Part shown: piece after piece, positions 35,735 through 46,178 of the stretch
Layout: every line of letters begins with the position of its first letter
Position numbering within the stretch: position 1 is the first letter of the stretch
Origin: an uncultured Actinomycetes bacterium
GTDB lineage: Bacteria; Actinomycetota; Thermoleophilia; Gaiellales; JAICJC01
Direction: 5' to 3'
DNA: 64,000 nt
Assembly (NCBI GenBank): GCA_963744065.1
Contig: CAVUSN010000023.1
Coordinates: 45,559-109,558 of the forward strand
Program-made: the position numbers and the translations under genes
Notes under the pieces: model-generated
What the model saw: only the letters and a program-made list of their open reading frames with translations
The model's database searches: none
Told to the model about the DNA's origin: nothing

Positions 35735-36139
35735 CTAGGCAACCTGCTGCGGCGGCTCGCGCAGCTCATACTTGGCGGCCAGTGCCTCGATATCCCGCTT
35801 GTAGAACAGCTTGATCCGCAGCTGCGGATGCAGTTCCCGCAGCCGCCGCATCTTGCGGTTCTTCTTGGTCACCAGCGACTGCTTCATGGTGGTGATCTCG
35901 AGGTAGAGATCCTGATCGGGCAGGTAGAAATCGGGCGTGAACGCCTCCAGCATGCGCCGTCGGCGTCAACCTCGAGTGCGAACGTGTGCGGCTCGTAATC
36001 CCAGCGGATGCCGTGGAAATCGAGGATGCTGCGCGCATTCCCGCTCCGCGTCATTCGCGAAGCGCGGCGGCTTTTCGCCCACGAAGGCGTGAAACCGAGG
36101 TTGGTTCGGCATTCCGCCTCGAAAGTGTAGCCACGACAT
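35735..36139 (-). pseudogene. hypothetical protein (possible nuclease-fold); two frame changes
   Basis: The segments FVGEKPPRFANDAEREC / ILDFHGIRWDYEPHTFALEVDADG / MLEAFTPDFYLPDQDLYLEITT... tile three frames. Confidence 0.45.
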
Positions 36140-36215
36140 CGGATGTCTCCAGGTTCGCGAACACACGAACCAAGGCCGTTTCGCGACCGCCGCCGCGGGC
36201 ATATCATCGGCGGCG

Positions 36216-37011
36216 ATGCCTGCCCGCCGGCCATTCGTGATCGCGCACCTGTCCGACCTGCACTGCGGGTCGCCGTACTTCGTGGCCAACCTGCTGGAGC
36301 GCGCCATCATGGAGATCAACGACATCCAGCCCGATGTCGTGGTGTGCTCGGGCGATCTGACCACGTTCGGCTACAAGCAGGAGTACGCGCAGGCGCGCGA
36401 GCTACCTCGACCGGTTGGACTGCCCGGACGTGATCACGATCCCCGGCAACCACGACTCCCGAAACGTCGGCTACGTGCACTTCGAGGAGATGATCGGGCC
36501 GCGCTCGACGGTGCTGCGCAAGGACGGCATCACGTTCGTGGCCGATCGACTCGTCGGAGCCCGACCTCGACCACGGGGTGGTCGGCCGCGGCCGCTACGG
36601 CTGGATCCGCGACCAGTTTCGCGACCGAGGCCGAGTTCCGGGTGTTCGTGCTGCACCACCACCTGCTGCCGATCCCCGGCACCGGCCGTGAGCGAAACGT
36701 CGTGCACGACGCCGGCGACACGCTGGAGGTGCTGCAGCAGTGCCGGGGTCGACCTGGTGCTGTCGGGGCACAAGCACGTGCCGTACGCGTGGCGGCTGGA
36801 GAACCTCTTCGTGGTCAACGCCGGCACCGTGTCGTCGCTTCGCCTGCGCGGCCACACGCGGCCCTGCTACAACGTGGTCGAGATCAGGCCCGACCGGGTC
36901 GAGATCTACCGCCGCTATCCCTTCCACGGCCGCGAGCTGATCGTGCGCTTCTCGCCGCACACGCTGACCTACGAGAAGCACCCTCCGCTGCTCGGCGGAG
37001 GCAGCCGCTGA
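36216..37011 (+). pseudogene. calcineurin-like metallophosphoesterase; at least three frame changes
   Basis: HLSDLHCG, CSGDLT, ITIPGNHDS, VFVLHHHL and LSGHKHVP motifs are spread over two frames. Confidence 0.8.
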
Positions 37012-37017
37012 GCTCGG

Positions 37018-38306
37018 GTGCTAGCGCTGATCGACGGCGAGCACTATCCGCCCGTCGTGCGGGCGGCGCTCGCGCAGGCCGCGGCCTCCGAGCCGGTGGT
37101 CGCGGCGCGCTGCTGGTCGGTGGCAGCGAGAAGCTGGTCGGCGAGGCCGACTACGGCGTGCCGCTGGAGGGCGCTGGCGGCCGGCCAGACGGTGCCGGAG
37201 GCGATGCTGGCCGCCGCCCGCCGGTACGCCGCAGACGGCGTCCTCGACCTGTCCGACGAGCCGGTGCTGGGCCAGGACGAGCGGGTGGAGCTGGCCTGCC
37301 ACGCGCTGGCCGCGGGCCTGGCCTATCGCGGGCCGCGACTTCGACTTTCGGCCGCCGCCGCGGCAGCCGATCGAGGCGCCGGCGGTGGCCGTGATCGGTA
37401 CCGGCAAGCGGGTCGGAAAGACGGCCGTGTCGGCGCACGCTGGCCCGGCTGGCGGCGGCGGACGGGCTGCGACGTGGTGGTGGTGGCGATGGGCCGCGGC
37501 GGCCCGGCGGAGCCGGAGCGGGTGGCGACGACCGCCGCCGGTGGGCGTCGAACAACTGCTGGCCCGGGCGCAGGCCGGCCAGCATGCCGCCTCCGACTTC
37601 CTGGAGGACGCGGCTGCTGGCCGGGGTGGCGACGGTCGGCGCGCGCCGCTGCGGCGGCGGTCTGTTCGGGCTGCCCTACCTGTCCAATATGCCGGCGGCG
37701 GCCGCGCTGGCCGACGCCGAGCATCCCGACCTGGTGCTGCTGGAGGGCTCGGGCGCCGCTGTCCCGCCGATCGCCGCCGACCGCACGGTGCTGGTGCACG
37801 CCGCCACCGCAGGCCCGGCCGGGCGCGGCTTCGACCGCTACCGGCTGTTGCTCGCCGACCTGGTGATTTTGACGATGTGCGAACCCGGCCTCGACGTGGA
37901 GGCTCCGGTGCGCGAAGATGTGGCTGTGATCCGCACGGTGCTTCGACCGCACCCTGCGCGGAAGGTGAGCGGCCTGCGGGTGGCCTACTTCACCACCGCG
38001 ACGCAGCCGGCCGTGCCCGCGCGGCATCTGGCCGAGCTGCATGGGGCTGAGGTGGTGGCGGTGTCCGCCAACCTGGCCGACCGCTCGCGGTTGCGCGATG
38101 ACCTGGAATCGCCGCAGGTGCGGGGCGCCGACGCCTACGTGGTGGAGGTCAAGGCGGCGGGCATCGACATGGTGGCCGCCACGGCGCTGGAGCGCGGGAT
38201 CCAGGTCGTGCTGTGCGACAACCGGCCGCAGCCCGTGGCCGGCGAGGCCGATCTGGACGGCGCCCTGCGCGACCTGGTGCGGGAGGCGGTGGCGGCGCAT
38301 GCCTGA
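37018..38306 (+). pseudogene. cpgS: cyclic 2,3-diphosphoglycerate synthetase-like protein; at least six frame changes before about 37650, intact afterwards
   Basis: LALIDGEHYPPVV, LLVGGSEKL, AVIGTGKRVGKTAVS, VVVAMGRGGPAEPE, QHAASDFLEDA. Then the intact ORF 37584..38306 (LLEGSGAAVPP...VVEVKAAGIDMV). Confidence 0.7.
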
Positions 38307-39271
38307 GTGGCGTGTATGGCGACGCCGGCGGGCTAGCCCGGAGCAGGTGGCCGACGCGGGCCGGGAGCCGCGCATCCGCGGCCGCGGGGCCGGTCTGCCG
38401 TACTCCAAGGGGCGGATGGCGCAGACCCTGATGCTGTCTGGGTTCGCAGCCGAGCGGGCATACCAACTGTCCCAGGTGATCGAGCGCGAGGTGGCGGCGG
38501 TGGGCGCCGACGAGATCTCCACCGAGCAGCTGCACGAGCTGGTCGAGCACGTGCTGGGCCGCGAGGACACCCCGGCCATGCTGGCCCGCTATCACGGCTG
38601 GAACCGGCTGGCCCGGCTGGACAAGCCGCTGGTGCTCCTCATCGGCGGCGCCACCGGCACCGGCAAGAGCTCGCTGGCGACGGACCTCGCCTACCGGCTG
38701 GGCATCAGCCGCATCACCTCGACCGACGCCGTCCGCCAGGTGATGCGGGCCGCGTTCGCCGCAGAGCTTCTGCCCGCGCTGCACTACTCATCGTTCGAGG
38801 CCGGCGACGGGCTGCAAGATCCCGATGCCCGACCCGGATGCGGCCGACCGCGCGCTGTACGGCTTCATCCAGCAGGCGGAGCAGGTGGCCGTCGGCGCCA
38901 ACGCGATTATCGAGCGAGCGGTCATGGAGGGCCTCTCGACCGTCGTCGAGGGCGTGCACCTCGTGCCCGGGCTGGTGGCGCCGGAGCGGCACGCGGCGGC
39001 GGTCACGGTGCAGGTGATGCTGGCCATCACCGACGACGACGCCCATCAGGCCCATTTCCTGCTGCGTGACGTTGAGTCCGGCGGAGGGCGCGGCATGGAG
39101 CGATATCTGAAGCGGTTCGGCGAGATCCGCCGCATCCAGGACTACCTGATGGCGCAGGCGGAGCGCATGCAGGTGCCGGTGATCGAGGCCGGTGACCCCG
39201 ACGACGCGCTGGTGGCGGTGATGGATCTGATCCTGGATCGGGTCGGCGCCGTGACGCCCGCGCTACCCTGA
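38299..39271 (+). pseudogene. 2-phosphoglycerate kinase; one frame change near 38820
   Basis: LPYSKGRMAQTLMLSGF N-domain; P-loop LIGGATGTGKSSLA; RITSTDAVRQVMR. C-terminal half is in ORF 38825..39271. ATG overlaps the cpgS end by 8 nt. Confidence 0.8.
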
Positions 39272-39275
39272 GGCC

Positions 39276-40286
39276 GTGGCGCTTTCCGCCAAGGAGGAGC
39301 CAGCGGCCAGCGGCGCCGCCGGCGATCGCTCCGAGAACTGCCCGTGCACCGAACTGGTGTCGGTGACCGAGCGCTGCGCGCTGGCCGCCGGCCGGTACCT
39401 GGGCCGCGGCGATGCCCGCGAGGCGGACGAGGCGGCCTCCCGGGCCATGGTTGACGCCCTGGCCAAGCTGCCGATCTCGGGCGAGGTGGTGATCGGCCGC
39501 CAGGACGAGGCGCACCTGCTGACGGTCGGCGCCAAGGTGGGCAGCGGCGGCCGCCAGATGGAGCTGGCGGTTGACCCGGTGGAGGGCGGGCCGGTGCTGG
39601 CCCGCGGCCAGGCCGGGGCGCTGTCGATCCTGGCAGCGGCTGACCCCGGCGGCCTGACTCCGCTGCCGCGCATGTACATGAAGAAGATGGCGGTCGGCCC
39701 GGTGGCCGCGGCCGCATCGACCTGCGCCTGCCGGTGCGCGACAACCTGATGGCGATCGCCGACGCCTACGGGCGAACGGTGGCGGACATCACGGCGATCG
39801 TGCTCGACCGGCCCCGCCACGACGACCTGATGGCCGAGATCCGCGACGCCGGCGCCCGCATCAAGCTGATCTCCGACGGCGACATCACCGCCACCATCGA
39901 TGCGGCCGTGCGCGGCACCAACGACCACCTGGCGATCGGCATCGGCGGTGCGCTGGGCGGGATCATCTCGGCGGCCGCGCTGCGCTGCCTGGGCGGCGAG
40001 ATCCAGGGCCAGCTGTGGCCGATGAGCCGGACAGAGATCAACCAGGCGGCGGAGTACGGGATCGACCGACATCGAGCGCATCTTCGGCATCGACGACCTT
40101 GTCCGGGGCGAGGTGATGGTGGTGGCCACCGGCATCTCCAACGGCGACCTGCTGCGCGGCGTGCGGTACATCGCCGACGGTGCCCGCACGCACTCGATCG
40201 TGCTCTGCTCACACTGCAACCGGGTGCGCTTCGTGGATTCGATCCACCTGTTCTCGAGCGCTCGGCACGGCGACATCCGCCTGTAA
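39276..40286 (+). pseudogene. glpX: class II fructose-1,6-bisphosphatase GlpX; two frame changes
   Basis: ELVSVTERCALAAGRYLGRGD, ELAVDPVEG, YMKKMAVGP (frame 1). RDNLMAIADAYG...ISDGDI (frame 2). IERIFGIDDLVRGEVMVVATGISNGDLLRGV (frame 3). Confidence 0.85.
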
Positions 40287-40342
40287 GCCGGATAGCCCAG
40301 CCGTAGCCGCCTGCTCGCCGCGGGCTCCACTATGGTGCCGGG

Positions 40343-41199
40343 ATGCCGCTGCTGTACGAGTTGCACGACCTTGCCCGTGAGCGCGGAATCGAGCGCTACC
40401 GGCTGATGTCCAAGGCCGAACTGGCGGCCGCGCTGGGCCTCGAGTCCGACGGCCGCTCGGTGCCTGCGGCGGCGACGGAGACCGCCGGCCCCACCGAGGT
40501 GGAGCTGGTGCGCCGGGCCGGCTTCGCGCTGCTGGTGCTGCGCGGGCACGAGAACGCGCTGTCGCTGGAGACGCTGGAGCGGGTGGCCGAGCTGGCCGAG
40601 CTGCAGGCCGCCGACCCGGCCGTGCGGGTGGTGGCCATCACCGGCGCCGGCACCCGGCTCTTCTCGGCCGGTGCCGACCTGCCCAGCATGCGCGGCCGCG
40701 AGGGATCGATCGTGGCCGCGTCGGGCACCGACGCCTGCCGCCGGATCGCCAGCCTGGATGTGCCCACAGTGGCGCTCTTGAACGGACATGCGGTGGGCGG
40801 GGCGATCGACCTGGCGCTGGCCTGCGACTGGCGGATCGCCGTGCAGGGGGCCAAGCTGCGCTTCATCCACAACGAGCTCGGCTACTCGCCGCCGTGGGGT
40901 GCGGCCGGCCGGCTGGCCGCGCCTGATCGGGCGGGCGCCGGCGCTGCGGCTGTTCGCGACGTGCGACGGTGGTGGCAGCCGAGGAGGCGCGCAGCCTGGG
41001 CATCGTGGACGAGGTGGTGGGCCCGGGCCGGCTGGAGTCCAAGCTGGAGTCGCTGACCTCAAGCGTCAGCCGCTCCGATCGGGAGGCGCTGACGGTTACA
41101 AAGCGGCTGTTGGCCGCAGAACCCGACCTGGCCGCTCACGAGCGGGCGTTCGCCGCGCTGTGGGATACCCGCGGCGGATCGTCTACCCTGCCGGTATGA
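40343..41199 (+). pseudogene. Rho_N-like domain fused to enoyl-CoA hydratase/isomerase; two frame changes
   Basis: LHDLARERGIERYRLMSKAELAAAL, then ITGAGTRLFSAGADL and NGHAVGGAIDLALACD. The tail RLIGRAPALRLFATC / AAEEARSLGIVDEVV sits in the other frames. Confidence 0.7.
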
Positions 41200-41495
41200 G
41201 CCTGACCGAAGAGGACGTGTTCGACGCCCTGCGGGTGGTCGAGGACCCCGAGCTGGGGATGGATGTGGTCGACCTGGGCCTGGTGTACGGCGTCAAGGTC
41301 GAACTGCCGACCGTCACCGTCACCTACTCCCTGACCTCCATGGGCTGCCCGGCCGGGGCCATGATCGAGGAGCAGATCCAGGACGTCGTGCGCAGCCTGG
41401 ACGGGGTGACCGAGGTGGTTACCGACCTCACCTGGACGCCGCCCTGGTCGCCCGATCTGATGTCGGACGACGCCAAGTTCGTGCTCGGCTTCTAG
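41196..41495 (+). CDS. DUF59 / SufT-like iron-sulfur assembly protein
   Basis: VEDPELGMDVVDLGLVYGV...TSMGCPAG...TWTPPWSPDLMS. ATGA overlap with the upstream stop. Confidence 0.85.
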   Translation: MSLTEEDVFDALRVVEDPELGMDVVDLGLVYGVKVELPTVTVTYSLTSMGCPAGAMIEEQIQDVVRSLDGVTEVVTDLTWTPPWSPDLMSDDAKFVLGF

Positions 41496-41743
41496 CCGGT
41501 CTCGCGCAGCTCCTCGTACAGCCACAGAAGCGCGGCCAGGATGATGACGCCTGCCGTCCCCAGGTCGATCGCGCCCTGCACCTGGACATACTCACCCTGG
41601 CGGCGCCAGTGGTCGGCGAAGAAGACGCTCACGGACACGATCCAGATCAGCGCCAGCGTGACCGCCAGCGCCGCCGGTGGGTTACGTGACCCGCACCGAC
41701 GAAGCTCCCTCACCGTGCGCTGGTATGGCGAGTCGAAGCTCAT
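41492..41743 (-). CDS. small two-TM membrane protein (paralog 2)
   Basis: MSFDSPYQRTVRELRR...LALIWIVSVSVFF...GVIILAALLWLYEELRETG. ATG overlaps the stop of paralog 1 (ATGA). Confidence 0.55.
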   Translation of the reverse strand: MSFDSPYQRTVRELRRCGSRNPPAALAVTLALIWIVSVSVFFADHWRRQGEYVQVQGAIDLGTAGVIILAALLWLYEELRETG

Positions 41744-41976
41744 GAACGGTCGAACAGTCTGCTGCGCTCGAGCAGCCACACCAGCGCCGCCACGCCCACG
41801 ACCCCGAGCGCTGAGCTGTCGATCACCTGCGTCAGCTTTTCGTACCAGCCCAGTTCCGCGCCGTAGCGGCTGTGGATGCACCACTCCCACACATTCATGC
41901 CGATCCAGGCGATCGCCAGCGCCAGCCCGATAACGACCGCTGGGCGCCTGTCGAATCCCCTCCGCACCGCATCCAT
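41740..41976 (-). CDS. small two-TM membrane protein (paralog 1)
   Basis: MDAVRRGFDRRPAVVIGLALAIAWIGMNVW...GVVGVAALVWLLERSRLFDRS. Same architecture as the downstream ORF. Confidence 0.55.
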   Translation of the reverse strand: MDAVRRGFDRRPAVVIGLALAIAWIGMNVWEWCIHSRYGAELGWYEKLTQVIDSSALGVVGVAALVWLLERSRLFDRS

Positions 41977-41991
41977 GGGCCAACCCTACGC

Positions 41992-42040
41992 CCCGGGGTC
42001 AGGCACCGTCACAAACGGCGTGACGGTGCCTGACCCCGGG
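41992..42040. repeat. GGGGTCAGGCACCGTCAC palindromic repeat, copy 2 (21-nt arms, 7-nt loop); probable terminator
   Basis: CCCGGGGTCAGGCACCGTCAC-AAACGGC-GTGACGGTGCCTGACCCCGGG, 23 nt after the S55 peptidase stop. Followed by a short CCCGGGCTT(T)CTTCAG direct duplication. Confidence 0.85.
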
Positions 42041-42062
42041 CTTCTTCAGACCCGGGCTTTCT

Positions 42063-43847
42063 TCAGCCGACCTGCAGGTTGATGGTGCGCCGGCCCAGGA
42101 TCACGCTGCCGCGCGGCACGATGGTCGTGCTGGCCGCACCGCCGCCGTTGAACCCGAACACCGACGCCACCAGGTCGTTGGTGTGCTGGCCGTTGGCAAA
42201 CACGGCCAGCATGTTGGGGAATGACCCCGCCGCCGAGCTGGCAGACCCGCCGCCGAACGGCCCGCAGTACTGGCAGCCGCCCGGCGGGATGCCCCCGCCG
42301 ATCCGCAGCGAGCCGCCGAACCCGATCTTCTCGGGGACGGCCACCCGCATGCCGACGGCCGACTCGGTGCCGTCCGGATGCCGCAGCCACACCCGCAGCC
42401 GGACCAGCTCGCCCGGAATCACGTGCAGCGTGGAGTGCGGCTTCAGGGTCGGATCCAGCGAGCTGGACGAGTCCACCCGCACGATCGACCCGGTCAGATG
42501 CTGCTGGGTGATGGTCGAGTTGATGGTCACCCCGGTCACGTGCACCTTCTCGAACGGGTTCGACTCGATCGCGCCCAACTCGCCGCCCAACTCGAACACG
42601 CTCTCGAACGAGGCGTCGAACGGCGAGTAGTACATGTCCTGCCGGGTCAGCGTCCACGGGTTGCCCTCGGCGTCGGTGCCCGTGATCGTCCACGACACCC
42701 TGGACGTGCCGTCGCCCACCCGGTCGAACACCACGTCCTGGTCGGCCTCAAGATGCGACTCACCCGTCAGCGCCAGGTAGCTCTCGCGGACGACATCGGT
42801 GGTGCCGGTGCGGGACGTGCCCAGATCCGGGTTGGTGACCGTCGCGGTGATCGGGATCAGGGTCGGCTGCACACCCTCGATACCACGGATGCCGGTCAGC
42901 CGGTCCTGGTCGATGATGCCGTGGAAGCCGGTCACGTTGGCCATCTTGAACGGCTCGACGATGCTCGGTACCACGGCCACCACGTCGGCGCCGTTCATGC
43001 CCATGTCGGTTGCGCCGTCGAACAGCATGGGGTGCCCGAAGGCCACCGCCTCCGAGCCGCAGGTCGCGGTCAGCGTGCCGATGCCGCCCATGGTGACGTC
43101 GCCGTAGCTGATGGTTGCGGCCACCGAGTCGCCGGCCTTGAGCGTCTTGGCGCCCCCGCCCGAGGGCGCCGAGGCGACGCCGCCGCGGTAGGCGATGAAC
43201 GGCAGCTTGCCGCGGTCGAGAAACGACTGCACGTGCTGCAGGCCGCGGTCAGACAGACCCGAGACCGACAGCGGTACGTCCAGCTCGTGTGCGGACGAGG
43301 GCAGGCTGGAGGCCGGCACGCCGGTCGCGTTTGCGACCTGGCCGCGTAGGGCCGGGGTCAGCTTGACGCTGGCCGCCGCCGGGGCGCCCGCGCCGCCGCC
43401 CATCGGGTAGCTGAAGAGCTTCATCATCGAGGCCGCCGGGGTCATCCCGCCGATGGTCGGGTCGGACGCGTCGAACCCGTAGGAGATGGCGCCCGCCAGC
43501 TTGCCGTTGACGTACACCGGCGAGCCCGAGAAGCCGGCCGCGATGCCGGTCTTGTCAACGGCCGCACCCGAAACCTGGATGGCCACGAAGTCCACCCCGG
43601 GCGCGATGCCGTCGGTCAGCACGCCCAGCACCTTGACGGTGAAGGACGCCGGCTTGGTGCCCTGCACCACGGTGTAGCCGATGCCGGTCACGCCCGGCTT
43701 CAGGCCGGACTCCGGAAACACCGCCGGCGGCGTGGTGCATGGGGTGGTGGCCGATGCTGCCGGCGCACCGCCCCCCGTGAATGCAATACCTGCGACCGCG
43801 GCGATGGATGCAGAACCCACCAGCCCGGCCAGCGACCTGGTTCTCAT
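42063..43847 (-). CDS. secreted peptidase S55 (SpoIVB-like) domain protein
   Basis: ATG at 43847 with GGGGGAGG 6 nt upstream. Signal peptide. GFSGSPVYVNGKLAGAISYG serine-protease motif. Confidence 0.8.
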   Translation of the reverse strand: MRTRSLAGLVGSASIAAVAGIAFTGGGAPAASATTPCTTPPAVFPESGLKPGVTGIGYTVVQGTKPASFTVKVLGVLTDGIAPGVDFVAIQVSGAAVDKTGIAAGFSGSPVYVNGKLAGAISYGFDASDPTIGGMTPAASMMKLFSYPMGGGAGAPAAASVKLTPALRGQVANATGVPASSLPSSAHELDVPLSVSGLSDRGLQHVQSFLDRGKLPFIAYRGGVASAPSGGGAKTLKAGDSVAATISYGDVTMGGIGTLTATCGSEAVAFGHPMLFDGATDMGMNGADVVAVVPSIVEPFKMANVTGFHGIIDQDRLTGIRGIEGVQPTLIPITATVTNPDLGTSRTGTTDVVRESYLALTGESHLEADQDVVFDRVGDGTSRVSWTITGTDAEGNPWTLTRQDMYYSPFDASFESVFELGGELGAIESNPFEKVHVTGVTINSTITQQHLTGSIVRVDSSSSLDPTLKPHSTLHVIPGELVRLRVWLRHPDGTESAVGMRVAVPEKIGFGGSLRIGGGIPPGGCQYCGPFGGGSASSAAGSFPNMLAVFANGQHTNDLVASVFGFNGGGAASTTIVPRGSVILGRRTINLQVG

Positions 43848-44001
43848 GACGAGCCTCCCCCGTTCACCCTCCACGCCGTGCGGCGCACGGCTCGGTTGCA
43901 GACCTTACGCCGCTCGTTTCGCGATTGGAAGGGCGCTGGGTAACAGCTGTGTAACCGGATGGAAACGGCTCTGGCGGCGGTGCGGCCGATAGGCTTCGAG
44001 C

Positions 44002-44964
44002 ATGGACGCGGGCGAGCTGACCGAGGCGGTGCTGGCCGCGGCCGCCGAGCTCGGCATCGACGCCTGCGGCGTTGACGGCGGCCGAGCCCTACACGGGGGC
44101 GGAGCAGGCGATCCTGGCCCGCCGCGGACAGGGGCTCTTCGCCGACATGCGGTTCACGATGCGCTCAGCCGGAACGCTCGTGCCACCCCGAGACGCTGCT
44201 TCGTAACGCGCGCTCGGTGGTGGCCGCGGCCCGCAGCTACGCCCGGCCCGAGCCGGCCAAGCCGGACGACCTGCCGCGCGGCCGGCTGCCGCGCTACACC
44301 CGCCGTGACGAGTACGCCCAGCTGCGGGCCGACCTGCGCGAACTGGGAGAGCGCCTGCGCGGGCTGTCCTCGGGGGCGCGCTTCGGCGTCTACGTCGACG
44401 CAAACCAGCACGTCGACCGGGAGGCCGCGGTGCGCTCGGGGATCGCGGTGTACGGCAAGAACACCTTGGCGATCACCCGCCGGCACGGCTCGTGGGTGGT
44501 GCTGGGCGCGCTGGTCACCGACGTCGAGCTGGCGCCCACCGGCGAGCCGGCGGAGGGGCCGGCGTGGGACGCCTGCGGCTCGTGCCGCGCCTGCATCGAT
44601 GCCTGCCCGACCGACGCGATCGTCGCCGACGGCGTGCTCGACTCCCGGCTGCTGCCTGTCCTACCTGTCGCAGTCGCGGCTGGCCGAGCTGCCGTTCGCC
44701 GAGCAGTTCGAGGACCGGGTGTACGGCTGCGACATCTGCCAGGACGTCTGTCCGTGGAACCGCGGGGCCGAACGGCGGGCGGCCGGGGCCGAGCCCGATC
44801 CGGTGGACGAGGTTTACCCGCCCCTAGCCGAGTGGATCGAGTCTGACCCCGGCCGTCTGGCCGAGCGCTACCGCAGGCTGTACGTCCCCGACCGGGACGG
44901 ACGCCACCTGCAGCGCAATGCGCGAATAGCGCTGGCGAACGTCGATCAGGCGGCCTTGCGCTGA
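44002..44964 (+). pseudogene. queG: epoxyqueuosine reductase QueG; at least three frame changes
   Basis: Two 4Fe-4S motifs, CGSCRACIDACPT and CDICQDVCPWN. The segments AAEPYTGAEQAILARRGQGLFADMRF / PERSCHPETLLRNARSVVAAARSY.../ CLSYLSQSRLAELPF lie in three frames. Confidence 0.8.
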
Positions 44965-45116
44965 ATCAGCCAGCGCAGGCGAGCGCGCCGAGCGTCCCGC
45001 CGCTGCATGCGGCGATCGAACTCGGCCAGCTGGGCGAGCCGCTGGAAGTGCTCCATCTCGGTCTCGGGGAAGTGCCGCTTGGGCGGCGTGGGGAGGATGA
45101 TCAGGGGTGCGTTCAT
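44946..45116 (-). CDS. possible 56-aa protein downstream of pafC
   Basis: MNAPLIILPTPPKRHFPETEMEHFQRLAQLAEFDRRMQRRDARRARLRWLIQRKAA. Below the track cutoff. Overlaps the queG 3' end by 19 nt. Weak SD. Confidence 0.3.
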   Translation of the reverse strand: MNAPLIILPTPPKRHFPETEMEHFQRLAQLAEFDRRMQRRDARRARLRWLIQRKAA

Positions 45117-45197
45117 GCCTCAGGCATCGGCACCCCGGGCCGCCGGCGGGATCAGCGTCAGCCCTCAACCTGACTCCCCGAAAACGGGGATCCGCGG

Positions 45198-46159
45198 CTA
45201 CCCGGTGGGGACCGCCGTCAGCTCGCCCAGGCGGGCGGCGGCGGCGTCTCTGACCTGCTCGCGCAGGCTGGGCGGGTCGAGCACCTCGGCCTGGCCGCGG
45301 TAGCGCACGATCTCGGGGATCAGCCAGTCCAGCGACCCGTAGGTGATGGCGGCGACCGCGCCGCCATCGGCCGTCGGCTGAGCGCCAAGCCGGCCCTCCA
45401 GCTCCGAGCGCGCCCGCTCGGGGCTGAAGCGGACGCGGGCGATGCCCACCTCGCCGCCCAGTTGGTGGTCGAGGTCGGCCATCTCGGGTCGGGCCTGGTA
45501 GGGCTCGCTGCGCAGGGCTCGCGTCCTGGACGTAGGCCACCTTGAAGGTGCGCCGGGCGCTGCGTGAGCGGTCGTACGCCTCGACGTACCAGCCGCGCTC
45601 GTCGCGCCGCAGCAGGTAGGGCTCGATGGCGCGGGTGGAGAGCTCGCTGGACGACCGCGACAGGTAGGTGATGTCGACCAGTTGGCGGCTTCGCACGCCC
45701 TCGTTCAGCACGGTCACGGCCAACTCTTCAGCGTCGGCGTTCTGGGGCGCGGGGGTGTCGGCCAGCGGGAAGTGGCCGAACGCCGCCTCCATCTTGGCCC
45801 GCACCGTGTCCAGCGAGCTGTGGGACTCGGCCGCCACCAGCGGGGCGACCACGTCCAGCGCCCGCAGCAGGGCCTTTGCCTCCAGCGGCGAGAGCCGGGC
45901 CGGGCGCCGAAAGGTGTCGCCATACAGCTCCTTGTCCACCTGCATCGACCCGTTCACGGTCGAGCAGTAGACCGCGTAGCAGCCGCCGCCGAAGTTGACC
46001 AGGTTGAGCAGGTCGAGGTGGTCCTGCAGCTCCTGCTGGCGAGAGCCGGAAGCGCTCGCGCATGTCGGCCGACGACACGGTGGCCGACGGCTCGTCGCCG
46101 CAGCGCTCGAGCAGGAAGGCAAGCAGCGCCTGCAGCAGCGCGAAGCGCTCGGGCGCCAC
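45198..46159 (-). pseudogene. pafC: PafC-like HTH/WYL transcriptional regulator; several frame changes, boundaries approximate
   Basis: ERFALLQALLAFLLERCGDEPSATVSSADMRERF / QQELQDHLDLLNLVNFGGGCYAVY...RGWYVEAYDRSRSARRTFKV / RVRFSPERARSELEG...IVRYRGQAEVLDPPSLR sit in different frames. Confidence 0.6.
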
Positions 46160-46178
46160 CGGGCCGTGGGCGCGGGGG

